A DNA stretch of 47,702 bases, taken from the NCBI GenBank assembly GCA_024399785.1, contig JAKSNM010000001.1, positions 1 to 47,702 of the forward strand, in the 5' to 3' direction. The notes beneath the pieces were generated by a model. It was not told the origin of the DNA, did not search any database, and was given only the letters and a program-made list of their open reading frames with translations. Made by a program: the position numbers and the translations under genes. Positions 10,462 through 20,121 of this stretch are shown piece after piece. The first letter of the stretch is position 1; every line of letters starts with the position of its first letter. This DNA is from Paludibacteraceae bacterium (GTDB lineage: Bacteria; Bacteroidota; Bacteroidia; Bacteroidales; Paludibacteraceae).

Positions 10462-13400
10462 TTAGTACACAATAATCCTTCCGCTGTGTTTGCTGGACGA
10501 TTGTGTAGCGGTTTGTATTGTAAATTGATAAATATACGTGCCAGGAGGCAGTGCAGCCTCAGTCATGTCAAACGATATGGTTGTGCCGTACAGCGAGCGA
10601 TAAGTGCTCCACACTTTTTGACCGATCATGTCGTAGAAGGCTATATCGATGCTCATCAAATCGTCGGGTCTGTCGTGGGTGAGGTACATATTCAGGGTGC
10701 CGAACTGCGACACAGGGTTGGGATATACCACCATCTGTTGCACATTGGGGCCCATGTCGTTGTCCACTGTGAACGAGAGGCTCTTGGTAGTGGCGTTGTT
10801 GAGCATGTCCCATGCACGGAAAGAGAGCGAGTGGTTGCCGTTGCTCAACTCGGGCAGGATATAGCTCACGGTGCCTTGTTGATAGGAGTTGTTTTCTGCG
10901 GTGTAGTAGTTGTTTAGGATAAAGGTCTGTTTCTGACTGTTGTCCAGAATCAATTGCAGGTCATGTCCTATGCCCGAACCTACGGTGTTGATACCGTTTT
11001 CGTCGTATAGTTTGGCGAAGAAATGTGGGGTGCTGTTCACCATGTCGCCACTATGGAAAGCGGGTGTGTTGAGCCACATCTCTATATCAGGGCCTTGTTG
11101 GTCGTCTATTACGATAGGTGACGAGCCGCCTACCATGAACTGCTCGTTGTGTCCGATAGCCTCGGATGGCACGCTATCTACCTGACCGTTGGCATATAGG
11201 GTGATGCGCCCTGCGCCTGTGTTGTAGCGTATGTCTTTGGGCATGCGGAAGGTGACGGTGAACTTGCCATCGGTCACTGCTGCGTTGCCCGAGAAGAGTA
11301 TATTCGGGTAGTCTTGGAAATAGATAAGGGTCTTTTTCTCAGGGGTAGGTTCATCGTTGTCTCTTGTGGCAACGGTTTGCTCTTTGTCATAGACGGATAT
11401 GGCCAATTCGCCATTGAAATCCACCGTGTCGCGGCGTGCAGACGCCAGGGTGTCTCCGTTGGATATATAGCCGTTGATTGTCACCAGGTCCAGCGCATGT
11501 AGTGTAGCTGGCATGTCAGACACTTTGACTTGGTACTGGCTGGGGTAGCTCAAGCGCAGGGCAGGGTCGCCCAGCAGCAGATAGGGCAGTTTATTGATGT
11601 CGCGGTTGCCGAATTGGTTCTTGGCCAAGCGCAGGGCTTCGCCTATCGAATAGGGATAGGTCATCTCATCGGTGTGGTAGAAGAGGTTGGCGCACAGGTA
11701 TTGGTTCAGCGGTGTGTTGTAGCTGGCATATACGGTGCGGTCGGACGATATCACACCGATGGCGCCGCCAATAGGGTTGAGCACCGCTACCTCGGCGGTG
11801 GATACTGCTGTTTGGTCAAATTTGGAGAAGTTGCACGTAGCCAAAGCCCAAAGACCTTGATGGGTATTGTTCATCTCCTCGACCTGTTTGCGGGTGAGGA
11901 ACATCTCGCTGCATATATTGTTGGGCGAGCCGTGTCCAGCATAGTCCATGAATAGCACGCCTGTTTGTAACAGGTTGCAGAAGGTGTTGTAGGCCAGTGG
12001 GTAACTCTCTCCCGAGGCGCTGGTCTCCTGCTCATAGGCGTCCAGGTATATCTTGTTGATGGCGAACGAAGGAGCCTGCCACGCGATGGCTTGTGCGCCC
12101 ACATCGGCGGTAGTGACGTGTGTGCCGTGGTCGCCGTCGTCGGCCAGGAAGCATAACTGCTGTTTCCATTTACCTGCGGCAGAGTTGCTAAGATAAGTAC
12201 TGAGTTTATTCACCATCTGCTCGGCTTGTTCATAGGTGTTGGCAGGCAGGCGCCCCACACCGATGCGCAGCACGGCCGATTTATCGTCCCAGCGGTTGGT
12301 GCCGACTATGCCGTCGTTGTCTTCCAACCAACCGAAATAGTCATCGGTGGCATAGGCGCTAGTCTCTACGGTGGAGTTGATGGCCTGGTAGGTCAGAACC
12401 ACGGGTTTAGGTGAACTCTTTAGTATTTGTCGGTTGTCAAACGATCCGTCGCCCAGGAGCAGCAGGCTCTTTGGCTTGGCTGTTTCGTTGGGTGCGGTGT
12501 CGTAGATATATTTCATCATCCACCGAATAGCTGAGGCATCGGGTGTGCCGCTGGAGAACTCATTATAGACCTCTTCGTCGCTCACTACGCACCATTTCTC
12601 TGAGGGAGCGTATAACTCGTGCGCCTGTTTCAGTTTCTCGGCGGCAGGGCGGAAGGCATCGGGGGTGAAAATCACATGCTGCACGCCTTGCAGTTGTTTA
12701 TGCAGGTTCTGGTTGGCTACCCGTCCGCGTGAGGCTGGGGTAGACCAGGCGGTGCTGTTCACCTGCACGGCAAGGAATAGTTGTGGCTCTTGGTTGCTGC
12801 CCAGCCAACACAGGGTGTCGCCTTGCCAGGTGGTGCGCACCTGATAAGCCTGCTCGGGGTGAGTCATGTTCCACACCTGCGTGTTGCTGTCTGCACCTAA
12901 TAGGTGATAACGTGACAGGCTGGGGCTGCCCACGTGGTCGGTGTTGCGTATTTCCAAACAGTTGCCACGTAATATGAGCGAGCAGGGCACTTGCATCTCG
13001 ATGTAGTTCAAATAGGCCACATCGGTATTATTGGCGCACTGATAGTGTAGGGTCACGGACATGGAGTTGCCTGTGCTGGGCGTTTTCAGGTTGCAGGTAG
13101 CCGTTGTAGCATATACATGTTGTCCTGAGGATGACTGTGTGAAAGTCATTGTTTGATTGCCGTTGGCTGTTTTGACATTCATGGATGTGAGTACGTTGGC
13201 CGTGGCGGCTGCATCTACGCGGCATAGCAGGTTGGCGTCCGTCACTACATTGGCAAAAGTGAATGGTATAGTCAGTTTGGGTGCTTTATAGGTCATCACT
13301 TCGCCGTACCATTCTCGTCCGCCTCCGCCCTCGCCGCGATCCACATCAATCAGGTTACGTTGGTCCAATTCGTGTAGTTGCAGAGCGGTGTAGGTCTCTA

Positions 13401-13887
13401 CTTCCAGAGGGGCGTCATCTGCCAGGGTGTCGCTCATTGCCAAGAGACGTTGTTCGCCTGCTTCGTCGCTTAGGAAATAGCATCCGTAGTCGGCATAGCA
13501 GTTCTGGGTACGTTTATAGCTCTTGCTGCTCTTGTCCCAGTTCCAACCTTGTGGACCGTTGGCGTAGAAGAGGATATAGTCGCCTGTGCCAAACACGCCG
13601 TCGGCACCTGTATGCATATAAAAAGGTATAGAGGGCACATCATCTATGCGAGGCAGGGTGAAGTTCTGCTCAATCAGGTTACCTCCGTAGCCCAGCAGGC
13701 GCACGCGACTGGGGTTCAGCCCCATCTGTTGCAGTTGCTCATAACCTATCATATAGATGCCTGTGCCAGGCACTTGTATCTTCACTATGTTGCCGCTGCT
13801 GAGTGCAGACGATGCTACATAATTGTGTGCTGCGCCCAGTGGCATGACCAGGCAGAGCATAAGCAATATGTTTAGGGTGCGTCTCAT
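10462..13887 (-). CDS. porU: type IX secretion system sortase/C-terminal signal peptidase PorU
   Basis: ORF 10462-14082. Start moved to ATG 13887 ([20 protein letters not shown] signal peptide), which overlaps the upstream stop as ATGA. ~1140-aa gingipain-like C25-type peptidase next to porV. Confidence 0.85.
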   Translation of the reverse strand: MRRTLNILLMLCLVMPLGAAHNYVASSALSSGNIVKIQVPGTGIYMIGYEQLQQMGLNPSRVRLLGYGGNLIEQNFTLPRIDDVPSIPFYMHTGADGVFGTGDYILFYANGPQGWNWDKSSKSYKRTQNCYADYGCYFLSDEAGEQRLLAMSDTLADDAPLEVETYTALQLHELDQRNLIDVDRGEGGGGREWYGEVMTYKAPKLTIPFTFANVVTDANLLCRVDAAATANVLTSMNVKTANGNQTMTFTQSSSGQHVYATTATCNLKTPSTGNSMSVTLHYQCANNTDVAYLNYIEMQVPCSLILRGNCLEIRNTDHVGSPSLSRYHLLGADSNTQVWNMTHPEQAYQVRTTWQGDTLCWLGSNQEPQLFLAVQVNSTAWSTPASRGRVANQNLHKQLQGVQHVIFTPDAFRPAAEKLKQAHELYAPSEKWCVVSDEEVYNEFSSGTPDASAIRWMMKYIYDTAPNETAKPKSLLLLGDGSFDNRQILKSSPKPVVLTYQAINSTVETSAYATDDYFGWLEDNDGIVGTNRWDDKSAVLRIGVGRLPANTYEQAEQMVNKLSTYLSNSAAGKWKQQLCFLADDGDHGTHVTTADVGAQAIAWQAPSFAINKIYLDAYEQETSASGESYPLAYNTFCNLLQTGVLFMDYAGHGSPNNICSEMFLTRKQVEEMNNTHQGLWALATCNFSKFDQTAVSTAEVAVLNPIGGAIGVISSDRTVYASYNTPLNQYLCANLFYHTDEMTYPYSIGEALRLAKNQFGNRDINKLPYLLLGDPALRLSYPSQYQVKVSDMPATLHALDLVTINGYISNGDTLASARRDTVDFNGELAISVYDKEQTVATRDNDEPTPEKKTLIYFQDYPNILFSGNAAVTDGKFTVTFRMPKDIRYNTGAGRITLYANGQVDSVPSEAIGHNEQFMVGGSSPIVIDDQQGPDIEMWLNTPAFHSGDMVNSTPHFFAKLYDENGINTVGSGIGHDLQLILDNSQKQTFILNNYYTAENNSYQQGTVSYILPELSNGNHSLSFRAWDMLNNATTKSLSFTVDNDMGPNVQQMVVYPNPVSQFGTLNMYLTHDRPDDLMSIDIAFYDMIGQKVWSTYRSLYGTTISFDMTEAALPPGTYIYQFTIQTATQSSSKHSGRIIVY

Positions 13888-14363
13888 TTTATTTTGCAGT
13901 ATAATAGGTTGTCTTCTATAATCTGTTCCAATAGGATTGGCTGTGCCTCTTGGGCAAGGTCTATATAGACCAGGTCTCCCATTCTCAGGGTCACTATCTG
14001 ACTGGCTTGATGTATAGCTTGTGCTATTTGTTGCCTGGTAGTCTCGTCCGCTTCGGTGGTTGTGCGCCATTCGCCTACGCACAGCGAATTGTCAAAGGCG
14101 GTAGCTTGTGCATAGTGGGTATTCAGCAAATCGTATGCCACAAAGTCCAGTCCCGATGCCACAGCGTCGTAATAACGCGCTGCATAGCGTTGGTCGATGC
14201 ACTTGCCCAGGCGGCAGATGCGCGCCACCACACAGGGTATATATCTGAAATCCTGCGCCCAGTCGGGCACGAAGAAAGGCTTGCGCTGGTTGAGTAGCGA
14301 GGCATCGCACTTCATGGTGTAGTGGTGCGAACCGTTGTGGTATGTGTAGCCTACTATTTTCAT
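13884..14363 (-). CDS. fumarylacetoacetate-hydrolase-like family protein (short form)
   Basis: 'MKIVG..Y........KPFFV.D' and the following beta-rich pattern weakly resemble the FAH fold. Start and stop overlap der and porU, which indicates a real gene in the operon. Confidence 0.4.
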   Translation of the reverse strand: MKIVGYTYHNGSHHYTMKCDASLLNQRKPFFVPDWAQDFRYIPCVVARICRLGKCIDQRYAARYYDAVASGLDFVAYDLLNTHYAQATAFDNSLCVGEWRTTTEADETTRQQIAQAIHQASQIVTLRMGDLVYIDLAQEAQPILLEQIIEDNLLYCKIK

Positions 14364-15673
14364 TTAGCACGTATAAATAGTTGCACAGGTGTGCCCAAGA
14401 AGTCCCACCACTCACGCAGTTTATTTTCCAGGAATCGGCGATAAGGCTCTTTCACATATTGTGGCAGGTTGGCAAAGAACACTATCGTGGGCACTTGGGT
14501 GTTGGGCAGTTGGGTGACGTATTTTATTTTGACGTATTTGCCTTTGGTGGCAGGGGGTGGGTAGTTGGCTATCAGGGGCAGGAAGCGGTCGTTGAGTTGG
14601 GCGGTAGGTACTTTGCGTTGCTTGTTCTCATATACATGCAGTGCGGTCTCCACCACTTTGAATATACGTTGTTTGGTCAGGGCCGAGCAGAAGATAATCG
14701 GAAAATCCGTGAACGGCGCCATCCTTGCTCGTATCGCCTCTTCGTAGCCCTTGATGTCGGCGGTGGTTTTGCTCTCTACCAAGTCCCATTTATTCACACA
14801 TACTACCAGACCTTTTTTGTTTTTTTGGATCAGCGAGTATATATTCAGGTCCTGCGACTCGATGCCACGTGTGGCGTCCAGCATCAGGATGCACACATCC
14901 GAGTTCTCTATCGCGCGTATCGAACGCACTACGGAGTAGTACTCCAGGTCCTCGTTCACTTTGGCTTTTTTGCGAATTCCTGCTGTATCAACCAGGTAGA
15001 AGTCCTTGCCGAATTTATTGTAGCGGGTGTATATGCTGTCGCGTGTGGTACCAGGTATGTCGGTCACGATGGTGCGGTCTTCGCCTATGAAAGCGTTTAG
15101 GATAGATGACTTGCCTGCGTTGGGTCGTCCCACTATGGCAAAGCGGGGCAGTTCGTCCAGTTCCTCGCCGCCTTCGTCTTTTTTGAAGCGAGAGCACACC
15201 TCGTCCAATAAGTCGCCAGTGCCTAGTCCGTTTTCGGCGGAGACGATATAGGGTTCGCCCAGGCCCAGTTTATAGAATTCGGGTGCACCGTATTGCAGTT
15301 CAAAGGTATCGACTTTGTTCACTGCCAGCACACATTCTTTTTTGGCTTGGCGCAGCAGGTGAGCCACTTCGGTGTCGAATTGGGTTACGCCCTCATGTAC
15401 ATCGACCACCAGCAGCACCACATCGGCTTCTTTGATGGCCAGGTTCACTTGGCGGTTGATTTCCGATTCAAAGGTGTCGTCTGAGTTCACTACCCAACCG
15501 CCAGTGTCTATTACCGAGAACTCTTTTCCGCACCACTCGGCGTGGCCGTATTGGCGGTCGCGTGTAGTGCCAGCTTCGTTCATCACGATAGCTCGGCGGG
15601 TTTGAGTCAGTCGGTTAAACAGGGTGGACTTGCCCACATTAGGCCTGCCCACGATTGCAACTATGTTTGCCAT
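14360..15673 (-). CDS. der: ribosome-biogenesis GTPase Der (EngA)
   Basis: Two GTPase domains (GRPNVGKST twice: '[16 protein letters not shown]' and '[16 protein letters not shown]') plus a KH-like C-terminus. Confidence 0.95.
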   Translation of the reverse strand: MANIVAIVGRPNVGKSTLFNRLTQTRRAIVMNEAGTTRDRQYGHAEWCGKEFSVIDTGGWVVNSDDTFESEINRQVNLAIKEADVVLLVVDVHEGVTQFDTEVAHLLRQAKKECVLAVNKVDTFELQYGAPEFYKLGLGEPYIVSAENGLGTGDLLDEVCSRFKKDEGGEELDELPRFAIVGRPNAGKSSILNAFIGEDRTIVTDIPGTTRDSIYTRYNKFGKDFYLVDTAGIRKKAKVNEDLEYYSVVRSIRAIENSDVCILMLDATRGIESQDLNIYSLIQKNKKGLVVCVNKWDLVESKTTADIKGYEEAIRARMAPFTDFPIIFCSALTKQRIFKVVETALHVYENKQRKVPTAQLNDRFLPLIANYPPPATKGKYVKIKYVTQLPNTQVPTIVFFANLPQYVKEPYRRFLENKLREWWDFLGTPVQLFIRAK

Positions 15674-16256
15674 TGCAGTTCTCTTTGTTACATGTCTTAT
15701 TATGTTCTCCTCCGCAGTCGTTGCTGCAGTCGTTGCAGTGACCTTTGCAGTGTCCGCACTTATGTGGGTGACGTATAGCGTCCAGTTCGGCTGGGGTGAC
15801 GTCTCTTACTTCGATGATGGTGCCGATGAAGTGCAGGTCCTCACCTGCCAGGGGGTGGTTGAGGTCGATGGTCACTTTGTCGTTGGTTATCTCACACACT
15901 TGGGCGTTCACTATTTGTCCGTCCGTGGTGTTCATGGGGATAATATTGCCTACGAACACCCGCTCTTCGTCAAACTCGCCGTCGCCGTTGTAGAAGAGGC
16001 GTTTATCCAGTTCCATCAGCCCTTGTTCATCGTATTCGCCGTAGGCGTCTAGTTTGCCGATACGGAAATCGAAGGTCTCGCCTTGGGCGCGGCCCTGCAT
16101 TTGTTCCTCAAACTTAGGCAGCATCATCCCCTCGCCTTGGCAATAGGTCAGAGGATGGCTGGCCGTAGCTTTTTCCATCAGTTCTTCTTTCTCCTGCTCT
16201 CCTCCTACGTATAACTCGTAGGTGCAGGTCACTACTTTTCCATTCTTAATATTCAT
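15639..16256 (-). CDS. slyD: FKBP-type peptidyl-prolyl isomerase, SlyD-like, with a Cys/His-rich tail
   Basis: FKBP/IF-domain pattern ('V...Y.L......E....' ... 'NHPLAGE.L.F...I..VR..T..E'). C-terminal [23 protein letters not shown]... The 3' end overlaps the der start by 35 nt. Confidence 0.8.
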   Translation of the reverse strand: MNIKNGKVVTCTYELYVGGEQEKEELMEKATASHPLTYCQGEGMMLPKFEEQMQGRAQGETFDFRIGKLDAYGEYDEQGLMELDKRLFYNGDGEFDEERVFVGNIIPMNTTDGQIVNAQVCEITNDKVTIDLNHPLAGEDLHFIGTIIEVRDVTPAELDAIRHPHKCGHCKGHCNDCSNDCGGEHNKTCNKENCNGKHSCNRGQA

Positions 16257-16376
16257 ATATTTTCTTATTTCTCATTTCTCATTTCTCATTCCCCCCTCTT
16301 TCTCTACTCGCTGTTGTAGTTCCGTAGCGACAGTACATCCCTCTGGGCTTGGGCGGGGCTTTATGCGAGGAGTCGC

Positions 16377-16403
16377 CGAGGAACTACTACTGCGAGTTCC
16401 TCG
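16377..16403 (-). terminator. 9-bp stem hairpin just downstream of the LptD-like gene
   Basis: CGAGGAACT-actactgcg-AGTTCCTCG, 5 nt beyond stop 16408. No clear U-tract, so terminator function is uncertain. Confidence 0.35.
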
Positions 16404-16407
16404 TCTC

Positions 16408-19215
16408 CTACCACCATGTTACTTTTTTATTCGTTGAATCTGTACTTGATTTATCGTATTTCAGATCGGCCAGCATCGACGCGTTCACGCCGATGTGGAA
16501 GGTATAGCTCTTATAGGGTCCGAACGGCACAAAGCTGGCGGACATATTCCAACAGTGCAGGTCGCGTGACACGTTAAAGTTGGTGTAGCTCCACTGTTTG
16601 TTGGTGATATCATAGCTGGTGGTCATGCTGGCTTTCCAGCCGCTGCCCAGTCCCAGCGATGCCGATATACTCAGGTTCTGGGTCAAGCCCATTCGGTACT
16701 GCATCTTGCTGTCGATAAAGTTGTCCAGTGTGTGGGGCATATCGGCATAGCGCACCGAGTAACTCAAGGTGAGCGACCAGGGTATTTCGGTTTTTACATA
16801 GCCCTCTTGCACCTGTGCCTCACGCTCTTTGTCGCCGTTGTTGCGTTTGGCGTTGGTCATCGATCCGTCGCTTTGCACCTGCATAGGGTCCATGTTGCCG
16901 TTATCTTTGTCGGCGTTCTTTTTCTTGCCGAACCATTTCTGGAAGGTCTGTGGGGTGAAGGTATAGCTCAGACTCAGGTTCGTTCCGCTCCAGTGGGGGA
17001 AACGTCCGTTGTGCCAGTACTGCTTGTTGGTGCGGCGTGGATTGCCGTGCGCGTCGTATTCGTACATATATGGGTCCAGTTGCGTACTCAGATTCAGGGT
17101 GTAGTTCACCAAAGGTATTTTCAGTCGCAGGTTGATGTTAAAGTTACTGAAGTTCATTGAGTCGGCGGCGAAGTTATATGCTCCTGTTATGCCCAGGTTA
17201 TCAATCACACTATATACCTTATAAGGATTATTGCCCGTGGTGTCTTTGTCGTTGCGCACTTTCACCTCTATGTTGTTCTGCACACCGAAGTTGAGTGTAG
17301 CGGACAGTCCGCGTGAGGCGTTGCCGTACATAGCTCCCTCGTAGCGTGAATAGGTCTCGTGGGTCGTCATCGGCACGCCGCCATCCATTCGTGGCACTTT
17401 GCGCCCTGTGATAGCATCGATTGAGTCGGTGCCCTGGCTGTTCTTTTCCCATACAGGTTCGTCATAGGTGCCGTAGTAACCCCAGAACGATTTACCGAAG
17501 TCAGGTCGGAAACTGAAACTCAGACTGGGTGTGAACACATGTCTGAACCGATCAACCTTGCTATTGGGGAACAGCTTGCGTGAGGGAATATAGAAGCCGT
17601 ATAACTTGGTGCTTAGCGCCAGCGAGAGGTTAAAGTCAAACACGTTATAGAATCCCGTTGTGGTGTCTTTTCTGAGTTGTTGTGCCTCATCGTCCCAGTG
17701 TTGGTTGGTGCGGGTGAAGTACATGCGGTCGGTCAGGGTGATAGATGGGGTGAGACTCAGGTACTTAAACAGCATCCAGTTGGCGGAGATAGGTATAGTA
17801 TGTTTGATGCCAGTCTGCCAGTCGCGCAGGAAATCGGAGTGGAGTATCTCTTTTTCCTTCATGTTGTTGCACGCTATGCGCGCGTTGCCCGAGTAGGAGA
17901 GTTTGATTTTTTCGTACCATTTCTCTTTGCCCACACGCTCTTTGCGGCGGAAGGGGTAGATAGTGGACATGTTCACACTCAGGTCGGGAGCCGTCAACGT
18001 GATGGTAGAGTCTTTGGTGCGCTGGGTGATGTTGGCACTCAGCGATAGGTTCCACGGACTGTCGGGGAAGCGTTGGGTGTAGCTGATGGAACTCTGTTTG
18101 GTGTTCTCTGAGTTCAGTTCGCCGTTGTAGTAACTGTTGATGTTGCTGCGGTTGTAACCCGAGGTGGAGAAGTTGACGCTGGCGGAGAAGGTGGAGTAGG
18201 GGTTGGCTTTGGGGTCTTGTTGGTGGCTCCAATACACTTTCAGGTTCTTGGCTTCGCTGTAGTCAGGCATGCCGCGTTCGCTGGTTTTATCTACGCGGTA
18301 GTTGATTTCCACATTGCCACGGAAGCGGTAACGCTTGGCGTAGTGACTGCGGGCATAGACGGCCCAAGTGCCTTTGGTGTATATGTCGCCTGTCAGTTCC
18401 AAATCTACATAGTCGTTGATGGCGAAGTAATAGCCTATGTTGCGCAGGTACAGTCCGCGTGAGTAGTCGTCGCCCACTGTGGGCATGATCACACCGCTGG
18501 AGTAGGATTGGGTGAAGGGGAAGAAGCCAAACGGTATAGCCAACGGCACAGGCACTTCGCCCACCACCATATAAGCAGGACCTGTAGCGATGTAGTCGCC
18601 AGGTTTGACTTTGGCTTTGGTCATCTTCAGGTAGAAATGCGGGTGGTCGTGGTCGGAACAGGTGGTGTATCTGCCTCCGCTCATCATCATCACGTCCGAA
18701 TTGGTTTTCTTGGTTTTGTCGGCTACCACATAGCCTTCGCCCTGTTGGGTGGTCACCTCGCGTATGAAACCTTTTTGGGTCTTCATGTTATAGGTCATCT
18801 CCAGGCTCTCGTAGCTCTCGTTGCCTGAGGTGAAGACAGGCCGACCTATTATCTCGTTCTCGATGGTGTCTAATATACCTTTGGCATGCACCAGGCTGCT
18901 GTCCAGCACCATTCGTATCTGCTCGGCATCCAGTTCCATGTCCTGGTAGGTCACTACGCTCTTGCCGTACATGATAGCGGTGCCGTTGCCCATCAGCACA
19001 ATCGAGTCGTTGGCGTTGTAGTTGATCGGTGCTTTTATCTGCTCGTGCTGCACAGGTGGCACGGTATCTGCCACGGCCACGGTGTCTGCCACTGCCACGG
19101 TATCCGCCACTGCCACTGCCACGGTATCCGCCGCCTCTTGGGCTGCGGCTGTGCCAACTCCCAGCACGTACACCAATACGGCCACTATAATATGTCTCAG
19201 TTCCTTTATACGCAT
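16408..19215 (-). CDS. large outer-membrane beta-barrel protein, LptD-like (putative LPS-assembly protein)
   Basis: ORF 16408-19344. Start moved to ATG 19215 (MRIKELRHIIVAVLVYVLGVGTAAAQ signal peptide) because the extension crosses the promoter box. ~935 aa, Tyr/Asn/Ser-rich beta-strand pattern, OstA-like N-terminal region. Confidence 0.6.
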   Translation of the reverse strand: MRIKELRHIIVAVLVYVLGVGTAAAQEAADTVAVAVADTVAVADTVAVADTVPPVQHEQIKAPINYNANDSIVLMGNGTAIMYGKSVVTYQDMELDAEQIRMVLDSSLVHAKGILDTIENEIIGRPVFTSGNESYESLEMTYNMKTQKGFIREVTTQQGEGYVVADKTKKTNSDVMMMSGGRYTTCSDHDHPHFYLKMTKAKVKPGDYIATGPAYMVVGEVPVPLAIPFGFFPFTQSYSSGVIMPTVGDDYSRGLYLRNIGYYFAINDYVDLELTGDIYTKGTWAVYARSHYAKRYRFRGNVEINYRVDKTSERGMPDYSEAKNLKVYWSHQQDPKANPYSTFSASVNFSTSGYNRSNINSYYNGELNSENTKQSSISYTQRFPDSPWNLSLSANITQRTKDSTITLTAPDLSVNMSTIYPFRRKERVGKEKWYEKIKLSYSGNARIACNNMKEKEILHSDFLRDWQTGIKHTIPISANWMLFKYLSLTPSITLTDRMYFTRTNQHWDDEAQQLRKDTTTGFYNVFDFNLSLALSTKLYGFYIPSRKLFPNSKVDRFRHVFTPSLSFSFRPDFGKSFWGYYGTYDEPVWEKNSQGTDSIDAITGRKVPRMDGGVPMTTHETYSRYEGAMYGNASRGLSATLNFGVQNNIEVKVRNDKDTTGNNPYKVYSVIDNLGITGAYNFAADSMNFSNFNINLRLKIPLVNYTLNLSTQLDPYMYEYDAHGNPRRTNKQYWHNGRFPHWSGTNLSLSYTFTPQTFQKWFGKKKNADKDNGNMDPMQVQSDGSMTNAKRNNGDKEREAQVQEGYVKTEIPWSLTLSYSVRYADMPHTLDNFIDSKMQYRMGLTQNLSISASLGLGSGWKASMTTSYDITNKQWSYTNFNVSRDLHCWNMSASFVPFGPYKSYTFHIGVNASMLADLKYDKSSTDSTNKKVTWW

Positions 19216-19255
19216 CTTACACGCATATACGCGCGCTTGTACACAAATTAGCCCG

Positions 19256-19263
19256 CAAAAGTA
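19256..19263 (-). promoter_or_regulatory. -7 box (TACTTTTG) for the LptD-like gene
   Basis: CAAAAGTA on the plus strand, ~40 nt upstream of ATG 19215. Confidence 0.55.
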
Positions 19264-19921
19264 CAAAAAAATTTTGAGATAGGCAAATTTAAAAGCCACA
19301 AAATAGATTTTTAGTTTATAAATAGGTGTTTTTTTACCTTCCATCCCTGGTTCCTTGCTCGCTCGGGGTGTTCGATGCCCCTCGCTCGCTTCTTGCTATC
19401 TCGGCACTAACCTCTTAGAATCCCTCAAAACGTACGTACATCCCTCTAACCTTTGGTGGCCTCCTTCTATCCCCTCCCCTTAAGTTAGGCGGTGATAGCG
19501 CGCTCCTTTGCGCAGCTGATGAGAGTTGAATGCACAGCCACCCAATGCCGCCAGAGGTGGCAGTCATCGTGGCTGCTGCAATGAAACTCGAAGAACGAAG
19601 CATTCGCCTAGCCCAGACAGCTATATGATTTCCGGATGCGACATTGTCGTCAGATCGAGTCGCGTAGGAAACATATAGTGGATGGGCGTCTCGTTCGCTC
19701 AGGGAGCGCTTTGGGGACGGGCGCGTTTCGTGTGGCATTTATAGTTAGACACTAAGTTTGTTTTTTTCGCTTCCGCATACCGAGCTACAACCACTTTGCG
19801 CATATCGAGGTTTTGCGCGTGGTTGTCCGCTCGCTATTTTGGATTTCGGCAAGCTGCCTGCTACGCCCCTGCCAACAGCCTCCCCTCGCATTCCCCCGAA
19901 AAATACACATGTTTTTATTAA

Positions 19922-20075
19922 AATAGGCAAATAGTTTGTTTTTTAGGCAGGGCAGTGCCCTTTGTTATGGCTCTTTCTTGGTCTTTTATGTGCAAGCACA
20001 CATAGCCCACGAAAATCGTCATAACAATAGATAAACATCTATTTTGCCTAAAAAACAAACAAAAATTTGCCTATT
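19922..20075. repeat. 28/31-bp inverted repeat pair (19922-19949 and 20045-20075) flanking a 95-bp segment
   Basis: AATAGGCAAATaGTTTGTTTTTTAGGCA versus the reverse complement of TGCCTAAAAAACAAACaaaaATTTGCCTATT. 27 matching positions with one 3-nt indel, read directly. Confidence 0.85.
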
Positions 20076-20085
20076 CCAAAAATTT

Positions 20086-20093
20086 GTTGTATC
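20086..20093 (+). promoter_or_regulatory. -7 box (TATCTTTG) for pheS
   Basis: TTTGCCTATTCCAAAAATTTGTTGTATCTTTGCA gives -33 TTTG plus TAnnTTTG, ~30 nt upstream of ATG 20122. Confidence 0.6.
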
Positions 20094-20121
20094 TTTGCAC
20101 CTTGATTTTGAATATGCTATT

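Noticed and set aside
14381-15100. A 239-aa plus-strand ORF.
   Set aside because: It is entirely antisense to der, which has unambiguous GTPase motifs, so it is a shadow ORF.
19415-19738. A 107-aa minus-strand ORF (and the 61-aa ORF at 19745-19930) as protein genes in the long pheS-upstream gap.
   Set aside because: The Arg/Ser/Ala/Gly-rich composition is not protein-like, I recognise no family, and the 61-aa ORF starts upstream of the only plausible promoter. I treat the region as noncoding (see finding).
19345-19905. The GC-rich gap as RNase P RNA, tmRNA or a T-box leader for pheS.
   Set aside because: I looked for GAGGAAAGTCCGG-type CR-I and ACAGAA-type CR-V motifs, for a tmRNA 3' acceptor end with a tag ORF, and for a T-box specifier/terminator layout. 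None was found on either strand.
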